A DNA stretch of 64,000 nucleotides from Scyliorhinus canicula (lineage: Eukaryota). The translations under genes and the position numbers were made by a program. This document shows, in pieces, positions 11,951 through 25,534 of the stretch. The stretch covers positions 310,001 through 374,000 of the forward strand of contig NC_052172.1 in the NCBI RefSeq assembly GCF_902713615.1, in the 5' to 3' direction. The notes below the pieces were generated by a model. The model did not search any database, was not told the origin of the DNA, and saw nothing but the letters and a program-made list of their open reading frames with translations. Within the stretch, counting starts at the first letter, position 1. Each line of letters begins with the position of its first letter.

Positions 11951-13079
11951 TGGGGCAGGATTTGGACAGTATTTTCTTTATTTTACTGATTAGAAATTGA
12001 AAGAATTGATTGATCTCTCATTGGCCTCATCTGACCCTGATTTACAAGAGATATGTTTTCTTCCCCCTCGTTCAACAGATGAAGAGATGAGTTCCAAGAT
12101 GATGATTCCTCAGCAACATGAATGTGCCGTCGTCTCCTTCTAACTGACAGTAAGTGCAATATTAATCCAACATTGCAGAGACACAGACATAACATCAGCT
12201 CCACCGTCACAGAGAACAGAAGCAGTCACACTTACATTGAGCTCAAGTCCCAGGTAAACATGTCCAATCCAACAGTCCTCATTATCGAATTGAAGAAATT
12301 CAAGTAAATCTGGAACTCTGGAGAAAATGTAAATATTATTTGCAGATACATGAGAGGACAGGTGGGATAATTTTCCACAATTCACCCCTACTCTCTCATG
12401 GAATGTTGGATCAACTTGTTGCGACAACAGCGTTTCATCTGTAAAGTAATCAGTATAGTATTAATTAGGCTATAGATTCAGCAATCAATGTGCAAGGATC
12501 CATTTGCACTATTTTGTAACTTTCTTCATTTAAAATATATCAGAAGCAAAGCACTTGAATAAGGCTTTAACAGAAAAATGATACATTTAAATAGTTCTCG
12601 AAAAGGACAATTATCAGATTGTAAGGCCATCCTTTCATCTCACAAGTTGTGAACCTTTGGTACACATAACAGGTTGGATAGTACAGATGATTGTAAAGTG
12701 CCAAATTAATCATAAACTTCTATCAAGACACCTCCCAAAACAAAATATTAAATTCCAATCCAAATATTGTGCACAATCTCAGATATAACAGTGCAGTACA
12801 TGGAAATAGATGATTTGACATATCAATGTCATCAGTAAAAGTAATAATGGAAGATCAATACTGAACAGAATGTTCACCATTAACTCACAAAACGGATATT
12901 AACAAGTGCAGAAAATACAATAAAATCACGCACTTCAGAGAGGTGAACAGATAGAGATTAAATGCAGAATCCCATAACAGAGATAGACAGCTTCGAATGC
13001 AAGCACACAGAACAGAGGCAGAGAGTTACAGAATCAAACTGATTTTTCTCGAACTCTTGACCCATAACAGATACAGACA

Positions 13080-13945
13080 GCTACAGTGGAAAACACACAC
13101 TCTCACACATTCAGACACCAACAACTGCACAGGAGGCAGTAAAATATGACATATATCATATACAGACAGTGAGGGTAAAACAGACTCACACATTCTCTCT
13201 CACAGTATACAGTAAATATACATTATCTATCACAGAGAGACAGTGACGGTAAAATATACTCACATTTTACATGCACGTGCTCACTCACATGTTACTTAGT
13301 AGGAAGCACTGAATATGCATTTTATGTCACAGAGTATAAGGGTGACACACACACTCACTCTCACAGCAATAACTGAGTATTGAGCAGTAAATTATATGTC
13401 CTACATAGCACAGAGAAACAGTGAGGTTTATACACACTCACTCACACTCTGTCTCTCATACACCCTCTCACGGAAACCCAAGCACTGTCTCCCCCACACA
13501 CACTCACAAATCAATAACTGAGCAGTAATCAATAAAATATTAATTATATATCAGAGAGAGACTGTGAGGTTAATACACACTCACTCTCTCATACACTCTC
13601 CCTCTCTCTCACACACACCAGTCACTGAGCAGTAATCAATTAAATATGGTAGATATACCACAGAGATACAGTGAGGGTAAAACATGCATTCACTCTCTCA
13701 CTCAATCTCTCACTCAGACAGTCACACAGCAGTAACTGAGCAGTAAGCTGTAAAATATGTGTTATACATCATAGAGAGACAAGTGAGGGTAAAGCACACA
13801 CTCACGCCGTCTCTCAAACACTGTCTCACATTTTACTGAGAAGTAAGCAGTAAAATATTTGTTATATATTGCAGAGAAACAGTGAGGGTAAAATATGCGC
13901 AAACACACAGACACACACTCTGTCTCTATCTCTCACACTTTCTCT
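13080..13945. repeat. Composite satellite: conserved core CAGTAACTGAGCAGTAA..AAATAT..TATATCACAGAGAGACAGTGAGGGTAAA separated by CA/CT tracts
   Basis: Repeated core; same family at 17180-18080, 56830-57950, 60690-64000. Confidence 0.8.
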
Positions 13946-13946
13946 C

Positions 13947-14238
13947 ATAGAAACCCTACAGTGCAAAAAGAAGCCATTCAACCCATCGAGTCTGCATTGA
14001 CCCTCTGAATGAGCATGCTACCTAAGACCAATCTCCCACCTTCTCCTTGCAACCCCACCAAGGGATAGTTGAGCATATCAATTCCACCTGACTTGCACAT
14101 TTTTTGGACTGTGGGAGGAAACTGGAGCACCTGAAGGAAACCCAAACAGACGCGGGAAGAATGTACAAACTCCGCACAGACAGTCGCCTGAGGTCGGAAT
14201 CAAACACGGGTCTCTGGCGCTGTGCCACACTGCTGCCC
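13947..14238 (-). mobile_element. HE1-like SINE (mirror copy 63316-63598; partial duplicate 15551-15652)
   Basis: Head GGGCAGCAGTGTGGCACAGCGCCAG, central block and CR1-type tail. Confidence 0.8.
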
Positions 14239-14263
14239 ATCAGCAGGGTGCCACCCTGCTGCT

Positions 14264-17180
14264 AACACACACTCAGGCTCTCTCACACACACTCAGGCTC
14301 TCTAACACACACTCAGGCTCTCTCACACACACTCAGGCTCTGTCACACACACTCAGGCTCTCAAAACACACTCCCGCTCTCTCACACACACTCAGGCTCT
14401 CTCACACACACTCAGGTCTCACACACACTCAGGCTCTCAAAACACACTCACGCTCTCTCAAACACACTCATGCTCTCTCACACACACAGGCTCTCTAACA
14501 CACACAAGCTCTCTCACACACTCAGGCTCTCTCACACACTCAGGCTCTCAAAACACACTCATGCTCTCTCACACAAACAGGCTCTCTAACACACACAGGC
14601 TTTCTCACACACTCAGGCTCTCTCTCACACACTCAGGCTCTCTCACACACACTCAGGCTCTCTAACACACACTCAGGCTCTCTCACACACACTCAGGTCT
14701 CACACACACTCAGGCTCTCTCACACACACTCAGGCTCTCTCACACACACTCAGGCTCTCTCACACACACTCAGGTCTCACACACACTCAGGTCTCACACA
14801 CACTCAGGCTCTCAAAACACACTCACGCTCTCTCAAACACACTCATGCTCTCTCACACACACAGGCTCTCTAACACACACAAGCTCTCTCACACACTCAG
14901 GCTCTCTCACACACTCAGGCTCTCAAAACACACTCATGCTCTCTCACACACACAGGCTCTCTAACACACACAGGCTTTCTCACACACTCGGGCTCTCTCT
15001 CACACACTCAGGCTCTCTCACACACACTCAGGCTCTCTAACACACACTCAGGCTCTCTCACACACACTCAGGTCTCACACACACTCAGGCTCTCTCACAC
15101 ACACTCAGGCTCTCTCACACACACTCAGGCTCTCAAAACACACTCACGCTCTCTCAAACACACTCATTCTCTCTCACACACACAGGCTCTCTAACACACA
15201 CAAGCTTTCTCACACACTCCGGCTCTCTCTCACACACTTGGGCTCTCTCACACACACTCAGGCTCTCTCTCACACACTCAGGCTCTCCCACACACACCCG
15301 GGCTCGCTCTCACACTCGGGCTCTCTCACACACACACTCAGGCTCTCTCACACACACACTCAGGCTCTCTCACACACATTCAGGCTCTCTCACACACACT
15401 CAGGCTCTCTCACACACACTCAGGCTCTCTAACACACACTCAGCCTCTTTCACGCACACTCAGGCTCTCTCACACACACTCAGCCTCTCTCACGCACACT
15501 CAGGCTCTGTCTCTCTCACACATGTATTTCCTCACTGTCTTTCTATCAGAGAAACCCAAACAGACGCGGGAAGAATGTACAAACTCCGCACAGACAGTCG
15601 CCTGAGGTCGGAATCAAACCCGGGTCTCTGGCGCTGTGCCACACTACTGCCCATCAGCAGGGGTGCCACCCTGCTGCTAACACACACTCAGGCTCTCTCA
15701 CACACACTCAGGCTCTCTCTCACACACACTCAGGCTCTCTCACACACACTCAGGCTCTCTAACACACACTCAGGCTCTCTCACACACACTCAGGTCTCAC
15801 ACACACTCAGGCTCTCAAAACACACTCACGCTCTCTCAAACACACTCATGCTCTCTCACACACACAGGCTTTCTAACACACACAAGCTTTCTCACACACT
15901 CAGGCTCTCTCGCACACACTTGGGCTCTCTCACACACACTCAGGCTCTCTCACACACACTCAGGCTCTCTCACACACACTCAGGCTCTCTCTCTCACACA
16001 CACTCAGGCTCTCTCTCACATACTTGGCTCTCTCACACACACTCAGGCTCTCACTCACACACTCAGGCTCTCACACACACACTCAGGCTCTCTCATACAC
16101 ACTCAGGCTCTCTCACACACACACTCAGGCTCTCTCACACACACACTCAGGCTCTCTCACACACACTCAGGCTCTCTCACACACACTCAGGCTCTCACAC
16201 ACACACTCAGGCTCTCACACACACACCCGGGCTCTCTCTCTCACACTCGGGCTCTCTCACACGCACACGGGCTCTCTCACACACACACTCAGGCTCTCTC
16301 ACACACACACTCAGGCTCTCTCACACACACACTCAGGCTCTCTCACACACATTCAGGCTCTCTCTCACACACACTCTGGCTCTCTCACACACACTCAGGC
16401 TCTCTAACACACACTCAGGCTCTCTCACACACACTCAGGTCTCACACACACTCAGGCTCTCAAAACACACTCACGCTCTCTCAAACACACTCATGCTCTC
16501 TCACACACACAGGCTTTCTAACACACACAAGCTTTCTCACACACTCAGGCTCTCTCGCACACACTTGGGCTCTCTCACACACACTCAGGCTCTCTCACAC
16601 ACACTCAGGCTCTCTCTCTCACACACACTCAGGCTCTCTCTCACATACTTGGCTCTCTCACACACACTCAGGCTCTCACTCACACACTCAGGCTCTCACA
16701 CACACACTCAGGCTCTCTCATACACACTCAGGCTCTCTCACACACACACTCAGGCTCTCTCACTCACACACTCAGGCTCTCTCACACACACTCAGGCTCT
16801 CTCACACACACTCAGGCTCTCACACACACACTCAGGCTCTCACACACACACCCGGGCTCTCTCTCTCACACTCGGGCTCTCTCACACGCACACGGGCTCT
16901 CTCACACACACACTCAGGCTCTCTCACACACACACTCAGGCTCTCTCACACACACACTCAGGCTCTCTCACACACACATTCAGGCTCTCTCTCACACACA
17001 CTCTGGCTCTCTCACACACACTCAGGCTCTCTCACACACACTCAGGCTCTCACACACAAACTCAGGCTCTCTCACACACACTCAGGCTCTCTAACACACA
17101 CTCAGCCTCTCTCACGCACACTCAGGCTCTCTCACACACACTCAGCCTCTCTCACGCACACTCAGGCTCTGTCTCTCTCA
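14264..17180. repeat. (CTCAGGCTCTCTCACACACA)n ~20-bp minisatellite with higher-order duplications
   Basis: Tandem units; interrupted by a duplicated SINE piece at 15551-15680. Confidence 0.95.
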
Positions 17181-18084
17181 CACATGTATTTCCTCAATGT
17201 CTTTCTATCAGAGATAACATTTTACTGCTCACTGCTCAGTACTGAAGGGTGAGAGTGGTGAGTGTATGTTTTACCTTCACTCTCCCTGTGCAGTCTACAA
17301 TGCATATTGAACTGCTGACTGCTCAGTGACTTGTTTGTGTGAGAGAGACAGAGTGAGAGAATGTGAGTGTGTGTTCGTGTGTTTTATTTTCAATGTCACT
17401 CTATGATATATAACGCATATTTTACGGCTAACTGATCAGATATTAACGTGTAACTGTGTGTTCGTGTGTGTGAGAGTGGGAGAGAATTGGCTTGAATGTG
17501 TGTGAAAGTGTGTATTACCATCACTGTCTCTCTTTGAGACATCACACGTATTTTACTGCTTACTGTCAGTGTGTGTGTGTGTGAGAGAGAGAGTGTGTGA
17601 GTGAACATGTGTGTGTGTGAGAGAGAGTGTGTGAGAGAATGTGTGTGAGAGTGTATGAGTGCGAGAGCAAATGTGTGTGTGTGTGAGTGCGAGAGCAAAT
17701 GTGTGTGTGTGAGTGTGTGTGTGTGTGCGTGTATGGGTGTCAGTTTTCCCCTCACTGCCTCTCTGATATATAATGCATATATTAGTGTCTGCTGCTCAGT
17801 TACTGGGATGTGAGAGAGTGTGTGTGTGAGAGAGAGAGAAAGCGCATGTGAGTGAGAGAGTAAGCATGCGTGTGTGTGTGAAAGAGTGCGTATGTGTGAG
17901 AATGTAAGTGTGAGCATATGTGTGAGAGAGTGCACCTCTGTGCACTCTGACACACCAGTAACTGGGCAGGAAGCAGTAAAATATGCATTATATATCACAG
18001 GGACATTGAGGATAAAACTCCCACACACACAAACAGCTAACTGAATTGTAAACAGTAAGTATGCGGTATATATCACAGCGAGAT

Positions 18085-19230
18085 TGCGAGTCTGACGAAC
18101 AAGGCAGATGAAGTGAGAACATGCGGTTATGATGTATTTGCTGTCACTGAATCACGGTTGGGAGAGGGGAAGGATGGGAGCTCAACAGGATCTCCAGGGG
18201 AGATAGGGCAGGAGGTAAAAGAGGAGAGGGTGTCGCAATTTTGATCAAGGAATGAATTACATCAGGAGGGAGAGATGGCATCTTAGAAAGCTCTTCAACT
18301 GAAGCCAAATGGGTAGAAATTAAAAAGCAAAATGGAGCAATCACATTGCTGGAGTGTTCCATAGGCCCCCGAACTATCCCAAAGAAATAGAAGAGCAAAT
18401 GTTCAGGCTAATTTCCGAGAAGTCGTAAAGTAATAGGGATGTGATAGTGGGAACAGGGGGGGATTCCAACTTCCCCAGTATGAACTGGGGTAGTCATAGT
18501 GTGAAAGGTTTAGAGGGAGCGGAATTCTGAAAATGCATCCATGTGAACTTTTTAAGCCAGTCCAGAGAAGGACAGACAAGGGGGGGGGGGGGGGGTGTCT
18601 TGGACTTCATTTTGATTAACGAAGCTGGGCAAGTGGTTGAAGTATCGTTGGGGGAGCATTTTGCAGACAGTGATCATAATTCATTAAGTACAAGATGGTT
18701 CTGAAAAAGGAGATGGGTGGGCCTGAGATCAAAGTTCTAAACTGGAGGAAGGCTGATTTTAATACGATCAGATATGATTTGGCCAGAGAGGATAGGGAGT
18801 AGACACCTTTAGATAAATCTGTGACAGAACAGTGGGACACATTCAACAAGGAACTAGGGAGAGTACAGGCTCAACATGTTCCAATCAAGAAAAGGGTGGG
18901 ATCAACAAATCCAGTCAACCATGGATATTGAGGGATATACAGCGTTAGATAAGTAGAAAAGGGGAGGCTTGTGGGAGATATCGAGGATTCAAAAGAGGAG
19001 AAGCACGACAGGTATACAGAATGTGCCAGAGGGAAATTAAAACAGAAATTCAGAGAGCAAAAAGGGGATATGAAAGGATATAGGCGGGTAAAATGAATTT
19101 GTTTTACAAATACATTCAGGGTAAAATAATAATTCGGGACAGAGTAGGGCCCATGACAGAGCACAGTGGAAACTTATGTGTGGAACCGGAGTGTTTCGAA
19201 ATGAGTATTTTGTGTCAGTGTTCACTACGG
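18085..19230 (+). mobile_element. Degenerate CR1 LINE ORF2 endonuclease-region fragment (mirror ~55690-56830 on minus)
   Basis: Remnants such as KVLNWRKADF, SDHN, YRPP; many frameshifts. Confidence 0.75.
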
Positions 19231-19999
19231 AGGTTTGTCCTCTAACTCGCCATGCTTAATCTTCAAATGGCTTTGACATTTTGAAGGTTTTAAACTTTAA
19301 TTTGCCAGTAATTCCCTGCGTGTAACACACATGAACTTTGAATCCTGATTGCAGTGGCACAATTTATAAACACACCCCTCAAATAATCACCTTTGTGCTG
19401 CTTTGTTCCTGTTTTCAGCTTCTTCATGGGTTGTTCACCAGAGGCCCTGGAGTTCACACCCGCACTGCTGGCAGCAGCAAAATGGAGGAATCTGTCACGC
19501 ACGCAGAACATGTGACGTTAGCATACGGGGCGGGGCAGGGCGGTGACCTGCTCTCTGCCACCGCTTCCAGTGGGAGGTCTACAGAATTTTCTGAAACAAA
19601 CTGGCATGGGACAGCGCACTGACATCAGGAGGAGCCAGTCCACCTTGCTCGGCTCTGGGCCTGTGCACTGGCATCAGGAGGAGCCAGTCCACCTTGCTCG
19701 GCTCTGGGCCTGTGCACTACATGACAAGGCCGGAATGCGGGGAATGGCTGAAATTTCAAATGGCCATCATGATCGGCATTTGTAAACTCTTGTCGTGACC
19801 ACTGGCCATTCCTCCCGCGATCTGGATCACCGTCATCCTCCTGAAACCTTGACGAGATCCACCCACAGGTCACGACCCTGAGCTTGAAAACCCTGGGCCG
19901 ATGGTACCCTTGTCTCTGTTAGCCAAGGCACAGAGTTTAAGAAAAGGCAAGTTATGCTGGAACTGAGTAAAACATTGGTTAGGCCGCACAGGGTAATAC

Positions 20000-20775
20000 T
20001 CACACGAACAAAGTATCAGAGAGTGAGTAAATACCGCACTCACACTGCATCAAAGAGTGAGTACATCCCACACTCACACACTGCATTAGAGAGTGAGTAC
20101 ATCCCACACTAACACACTGTATCAGAGAGTGAGTAAATCCCACACTCTCACACTGTATCAGAGAGTGAGTAAATCCCACACTCACACACTGTATCAGAGA
20201 GTGAGTAAATCTCACACTGACACACCATCAGTGAGTGAGTAAATCCCACACTGTATGAGAGTGAGTAAATCACACACTTTATCAAAGAGTGAGTAAATCC
20301 CACACACACACTTTCAGAGAGAGTAAATCCCACACTCTCACACTGTATCAGAGTCAGTAAATCCCACAATCACACACTATCAGAGAGTGAGTAAATCCCA
20401 CACTCACACACTGTATCAGAGAGTGAGTAAATCCCACACTCACACACTGTATCAGAGAGTGAGTAAATCCCACACTCACACAATGTATCAGAGTAAATCC
20501 CACGCACACACTTATCAGAGAGGAAGTACATCCACACCCAGACACTCTATCAGAGTAAATACCACACTCCGTGTCAGATAGTGATTAAATCCCACACACA
20601 CACACTTATCAGAGAGTGAGTAAATCTTACATTCAGACTGTATCAGAGAGAGTAAATCTCACACTGAAACACTATCAGTGAGTGAGTATATCTCACACTC
20701 GCACACTGTATCAGAGAGTGAGTAAATCTCACACTGACACACCATCAGTGAGTGAGTAAATCCCACACTCTCACA
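20000..20775. repeat. 34-36 bp minisatellite (same family as 6160-6635)
   Basis: TCAGAGAGTGAGTAAATCCCACACTCACACACTGTA units. Confidence 0.92.
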
Positions 20776-20779
20776 TATA

Positions 20780-20955
20780 AGCACAGGGCTAAACCACTGG
20801 CTTTGAAAGCCGACCAAGCGGGCGAGCAGCATGGTTTGATTCCCGTAACAGCCTCCCCGGACAGGCGCTGGAATGTGGCGACTAGGGGATTTTCACAGTA
20901 ACGTCATTTGAAGCCTACTCGTGACAATAAGCGATTTTCACTTTTTTCATTTTCA
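20780..20955 (+). mobile_element. SINE with (CATTT)-type tail, present only in this H2B upstream copy
   Basis: Absent from the paralogous junctions at ~6640 and ~53220; short CATAT flank duplication. Confidence 0.75.
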
Positions 20956-21312
20956 TATTACAAGACACTCCCAGTTCCTTAAGGAATCCCACATTCCCGC
21001 ACAGTCTCACCGACAGCCAGATGACAGTTTCCAGTAAATCTTTCCACACTGACAAACTGGGAATGGAGACATTCTTTCTGAAATGCATTTCCTGTTTGTT
21101 GTAAGGCCGTTTCTGATTGGTGGAAAATCTTAAATCTGACTGCTCTGTTTACATACCCAACCAAATAAACAGAACATAACTGGCTGTCGTCATTTTCACA
21201 ATGTCCAATCACAATCATTCCTTTCCCCATTCCTCATTAGCATAGATGTGAGTCTCTGTCTATTTAATCAGCGCTCGGAAGGGGTTTGCTTTATTTCTGG
21301 GTGAAACTGAAG

Positions 21313-21699
21313 ATGGCTGACGAGAAGAAACCAACATCGAAACCAGCTGCCAAGAAGGGAGCCAAGAAAGTCATTAAGAAACCGGCAGTAAAGGGCGGCA
21401 AGAAGCGGCGAAGGTCGAGGAAGGAGAGTTACTCCATCTACATCTACAAAGTGATGAAGCAGGTTCACCCCGACACCGGCATCTCCTCCAAGGCCATGAG
21501 CATCATGAACTCATTCGTCAACGATATTTTCGAGCGTATCGCGGGTGAGGCTTCCCGCCTGGCCCATTACAACAAGCGCCGCACCATCAGCTCCCGGGAG
21601 ATCCAGACCGCCGTGCGCCTGCTGCTGCCCGGGGAACTGGCCAAGCACGCCGTGTCGGAAGGGACAAAGGCGGTCACCAAGTACACCAGCTCCAAGTAA
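21313..21699 (+). CDS. H2B: Histone H2B, 128 aa (KRRTISS variant)
   Basis: Full ORF; octamer-like site at 21236; stem-loop at 21737-21752. Confidence 0.96.
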   Translation: MADEKKPTSKPAAKKGAKKVIKKPAVKGGKKRRRSRKESYSIYIYKVMKQVHPDTGISSKAMSIMNSFVNDIFERIAGEASRLAHYNKRRTISSREIQTAVRLLLPGELAKHAVSEGTKAVTKYTSSK

Positions 21700-21736
21700 A
21701 ACTGCACAATGGACTGAAAACCACCCCAAACACAAC

Positions 21737-21752
21737 GGCTCTTTTAAGAGCC
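21737..21752 (+). terminator. Histone 3' stem-loop of H2B
   Basis: GGCTCTTTTAAGAGCC-ACCCA; GAAAAAGCTG downstream. Confidence 0.95.
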
Positions 21753-23752
21753 ACCCACAATCTCTATGAAAAAGCTGCACCATATTTTCCCGCATTGACT
21801 TCATGAGAAATCTCTTTGTGGAGGAGAGAGATTTGTCCCTGTTCCAGAATGTTGTGAATGTGGCTTCATACCCGCCCGTCACAGACAGTTTCACACAGAA
21901 GAGACACACGAACTGAATTGAGAGCGGATTTATAATCAGTCTGGTATTTGTGACCGACAATGAGGAGACGCACAATTTCAGGAGGGAATTATTTAAATTT
22001 AATGATAAATATATTCAGAGTTTAACAATTGGTGAGTTAAATTCACAAAAAAATTGGTTTTTTTTTTCTCTCGGGCGACCTGGGTCCCGGTCCCGGAACA
22101 GAGTAAAGGCGGGAATGAAGAGGTTATTTTCGGGATGATGTGTTTATTCCGCAGTTTCCCAGGGGACGGAATCAGCGAGATTTGAGCACACACAGGACCT
22201 GTGTCCATTGCAGCGCTTTAAGATCTGCCTCTCCCCGGCCCTCCCTATTCTCCGGACACAAAGCTGCCTGTTCCACCGGCGGGATAGAGTCGGGGATTCT
22301 CTCCACACTTCCCAGTGTAACATTCCCGGACGCTTTCAGGAGAGAGGCTCAGAAATCAGCCCTTTCTCTCTGTCCCTGTGCAGCCTGTGTGAAGGAGTTG
22401 GTTGGTAATCTCTATGTTTCTGCTTTTGCGGTGAGCTGAGATTTGCTCCGTTTTAAATTGCTGAACGGCGTATGATTACCGCCGGTTACAGATAAGAGAC
22501 TGACAAATTCAAACTGTTCCTAAAATAGAGCCAGGATTCTGGGAGGGAAAATCCAATAAACAGATCACAAAGTGTGAGATTCAAATAGTTTCCTGAACAT
22601 TGATCCGTTCCGTTATTTGTGATTTTCCTTCACTGAAATTGGCGGGAGTTTCGAATTTGAAAATATTAGCCAATCAAAACCTCAAGATTCTTCTCACTGG
22701 CCTGTGATTGGTTAATTGTTGACTGCACTTAAGTTTTTAAATATAAGTTGTTTCCACAGACAAATACCAGAATATTCTGAACATGAATAAATGTGACGTC
22801 TGCTCCACACAAGTTACAGGGAAGAGTGTCGCCAGCTCCTCACACACAGTCCGGACATTGTCACTGACAGAGCACAGAGACACAGATAGGTCATCAGTAC
22901 CACAGTCTCAGGCAGCAGAAATTATTCCAGAGACACATTTTCAACCCATCAATCAAACAGCAGGAGAGACAGACGCTGTGTCCATGTCAGCCTAACTCAG
23001 TGCCACTGACAGGAGGCCCCATAAATCCCAGTGCAAATTCTCACCCACTCTCATCCTCACTGTATCAGTCCCACAATGGAGCAGGCTTAGTGAAATAATC
23101 AATATCAGAGAAAACTGGTTTCCGGTTAAGAATTACACAATTAACCTTAATAATGTACTCTGAGATTCGAGTTAAATTCGAGTCACATCACTCACATCAG
23201 GAGTGGCTGTACTAATCCCCAGAGTGTGTCCTCACAAATACATTAGATGCAAATCCAAATATCAGGTGCATTCTCAGATTGGGATATGCTGAAAGCGACA
23301 AAGATACAAACTCTGATTCTCGTTTAAAACTCAACTAATTTGTGAAAATAAAAGACACAATATAATTTCGATGACTTGAGAACTGAGCTGTTACTTGGAA
23401 ACTATTCCCAAATCCTCACTCACTCAGTTCCAGATGGAAGACACTGCAGCAATTCCAGACTGTTGTCCATTTTACATTCATGTCAGAATTCTGACTCAGA
23501 ATCAGACTGAGTGTCACAGATCAAATCAATGTAAACAACCTGAGTTAAACTTCCAGAGCAATCCAGTATCAAATTGAAAGTTACATTATCTTTCACAATT
23601 GTGTTCTGATATTAAATGCTGGTCCAAAACTATCACACATTGTTTGCTTGAAACCTCCCACAGCAATGGTCTCTTTCTGTGCTGGAAATTTACGTGGAAT
23701 GAATGCAAACTTATAAACTGTCCTTGACATTGAAAGGTCACATCCTGAATCG

Positions 23753-23961
23753 CATCCTCACATTGAGCCACAGAGCCTGACAAGTACAGGATAATTCGCA
23801 AACAGTTGTTGAGAGTAAAATCCATCCTCACACTGAGTCCTGGAGCATGACAGATTCAGGATAATTCTCAAACAGTTGTTGAGAGTAAGATCCATCCTCA
23901 CACTGAGTCCTTGAGCATGACAGATTCAGGATAATTCTCAAACAGTTGTTGAGAGTAAGAT
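23753..23961. repeat. 70-bp tandem repeat, about 3 copies
   Basis: CAGGATAATTC at 23787, 23857 and 23927. Confidence 0.9.
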
Positions 23962-24094
23962 GCTGAAAAGCACTGGACTCACTCATCAATAGCAGTCACA
24001 AAAAGCAACAGACTCAACAATTGTACCTCTGAGAGATTTAGATATGGTTAAAAGACTCTCAGAGAGGAAACAATAATGACATACAAACGGAAGA

Positions 24095-24430
24095 CTGTGC
24101 GCGCACACACACAGGTATACACACACACAGCTATACACAAGTATACACTCAGGTACACACACAGTATTCAGGCCCACACACATTATACACACAGAGTTAC
24201 AAACACACGTACACTCAAACATACGCACACAGGTATACACACACACAGCTATATATGTACACACGTGTACACACAGTATACAGAGCCACACACATTATAC
24301 GCACACAGTTGTACACACCCACACACACAGGTATATACACACAGGCACATAAACATTCACACATATTCTCAAATACACATACATATAAATAAACACATAT
24401 GTGCACACACACAGATATACACAGAGACAG
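24095..24430. repeat. CA/TA-rich low-complexity tract
   Basis: Imperfect (CA)n. Confidence 0.85.
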
Positions 24431-24479
24431 ATACATTGTATCAACGAAATAATTTATCCAGCTGCAGTGAAGTAACAGT

Positions 24480-25010
24480 GATATATTTCCAAAACAGTGT
24501 GTTGAGTGGCTGGAGGAGAGCCTACAGGTCGTGGTGTCGCTCTGTGTCGGCCGCCCTTGTCCCTCTCTAGATGGTGGTGGATGTGGGTTTGGAAGGTGTT
24601 GCCAAAGGAGCCTTGGTGACTTCCTGCAGTGAATCCTGTAGCTGGTATACACGCTGCCAATCTGCATCAGTGGTGGAGCGAGTGAATGTTTACAGATTGG
24701 ATGCCGATCAAGCGGGATGCCTTGTCCTAGATGGTGTCAAACCTATTCAGTGTTGTTGAAATTGCAACTATTGAAGGAAATGGAAATTATTCCATTACAT
24801 TCCTGATTTATGCCGTGTCGAAGGGTTTCTGGGCCAGGGAGTGAGTGACTCGCCACAGGAGTCCGAGTCTTTGACCTGCCTTGCAGCTACAGTATTTATA
24901 TGAACAGTTCAGTTCCTGGCCAATGGCAATCAGTAAGATGTTGGTAGTAGGGTTTCAGTGATGATAATTCCGGTGAATGTCAAGGGGTGATGGTTAGATT
25001 CGTACTTGTT
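24480..25010 (-). mobile_element. Degenerate non-LTR retrotransposon (CR1-group) C-terminal fragment
   Basis: YRIHC..SPRLLWQHLPNP motif; matching family 3' tail at ~45800-45915. Confidence 0.6.
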
Positions 25011-25462
25011 GTGAAATATGAAAACATGAAAATCGCTTATTGTAGCAGGTAGGCTTCAAAATAAGTTACTGTGAAAAGCCCTTAGTCGCCACATTCCGGC
25101 GCCTGTTCGGGGAGGCTGGTACAGGAATGGTCTTTTCCTGGAACTTTTCAGCCCAAGCCTGGATAATGTCCAGGATTGCTGCATTTGTACATGGACTGTT
25201 TCATTAACAGAGGAGTTGTGAATGGTGCTGAACATTGTGCAATCACGGAAAGCCTGAGATTGTGGGTGTGTGCAACATTTACAGCGTGTGTCCCTGTGTG
25301 AGTACATGCCATTTCAGACATTGGTTGGAAATATTAAGTGTTTGCTGGAAGGGAGAAGCCGAGTAAAAAAAAACGTGTCCTGTATAGAAATGTCAGACCA
25401 GACAGACTTGTGGCGAGTCGCTGAATGTTTCTTTCTACTGTATCGGAAAGTAAAAAAATAAC

Positions 25463-25534
25463 TAGCAGAGAATGGTTTCGATCCATCGACCTCTGGGTTA
25501 TGGGCCCAGCACGCTTCCGCTGCGCCACTCTGCT
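25463..25534 (-). tRNA. tRNA-iMet(CAT), one T-stem change (G49-U65)
   Basis: AGCAGAGTGGCGCAGCGGAAGCGTGCTGGGCCCATAACCCAGAGGTCGATGGATCGAAACCATTCTCTGCTA; T7 terminator downstream. Confidence 0.93.

Larger units (their letters stand above)
13549..22713 (+). repeat. Left arm of large inverted segmental duplication (partner 51449-64000)
   Basis: SINE, microsatellite, CR1 fragment, 19.3-20 kb block, minisatellite, H2B and 3' flank occur in mirror order and reverse complement. Confidence 0.9.

Noticed and set aside
15575-17245. 556-aa ORF
   Set aside because: Translation of a SINE piece plus a stop-poor minisatellite (H/T/L/S repeats); no coding signature.
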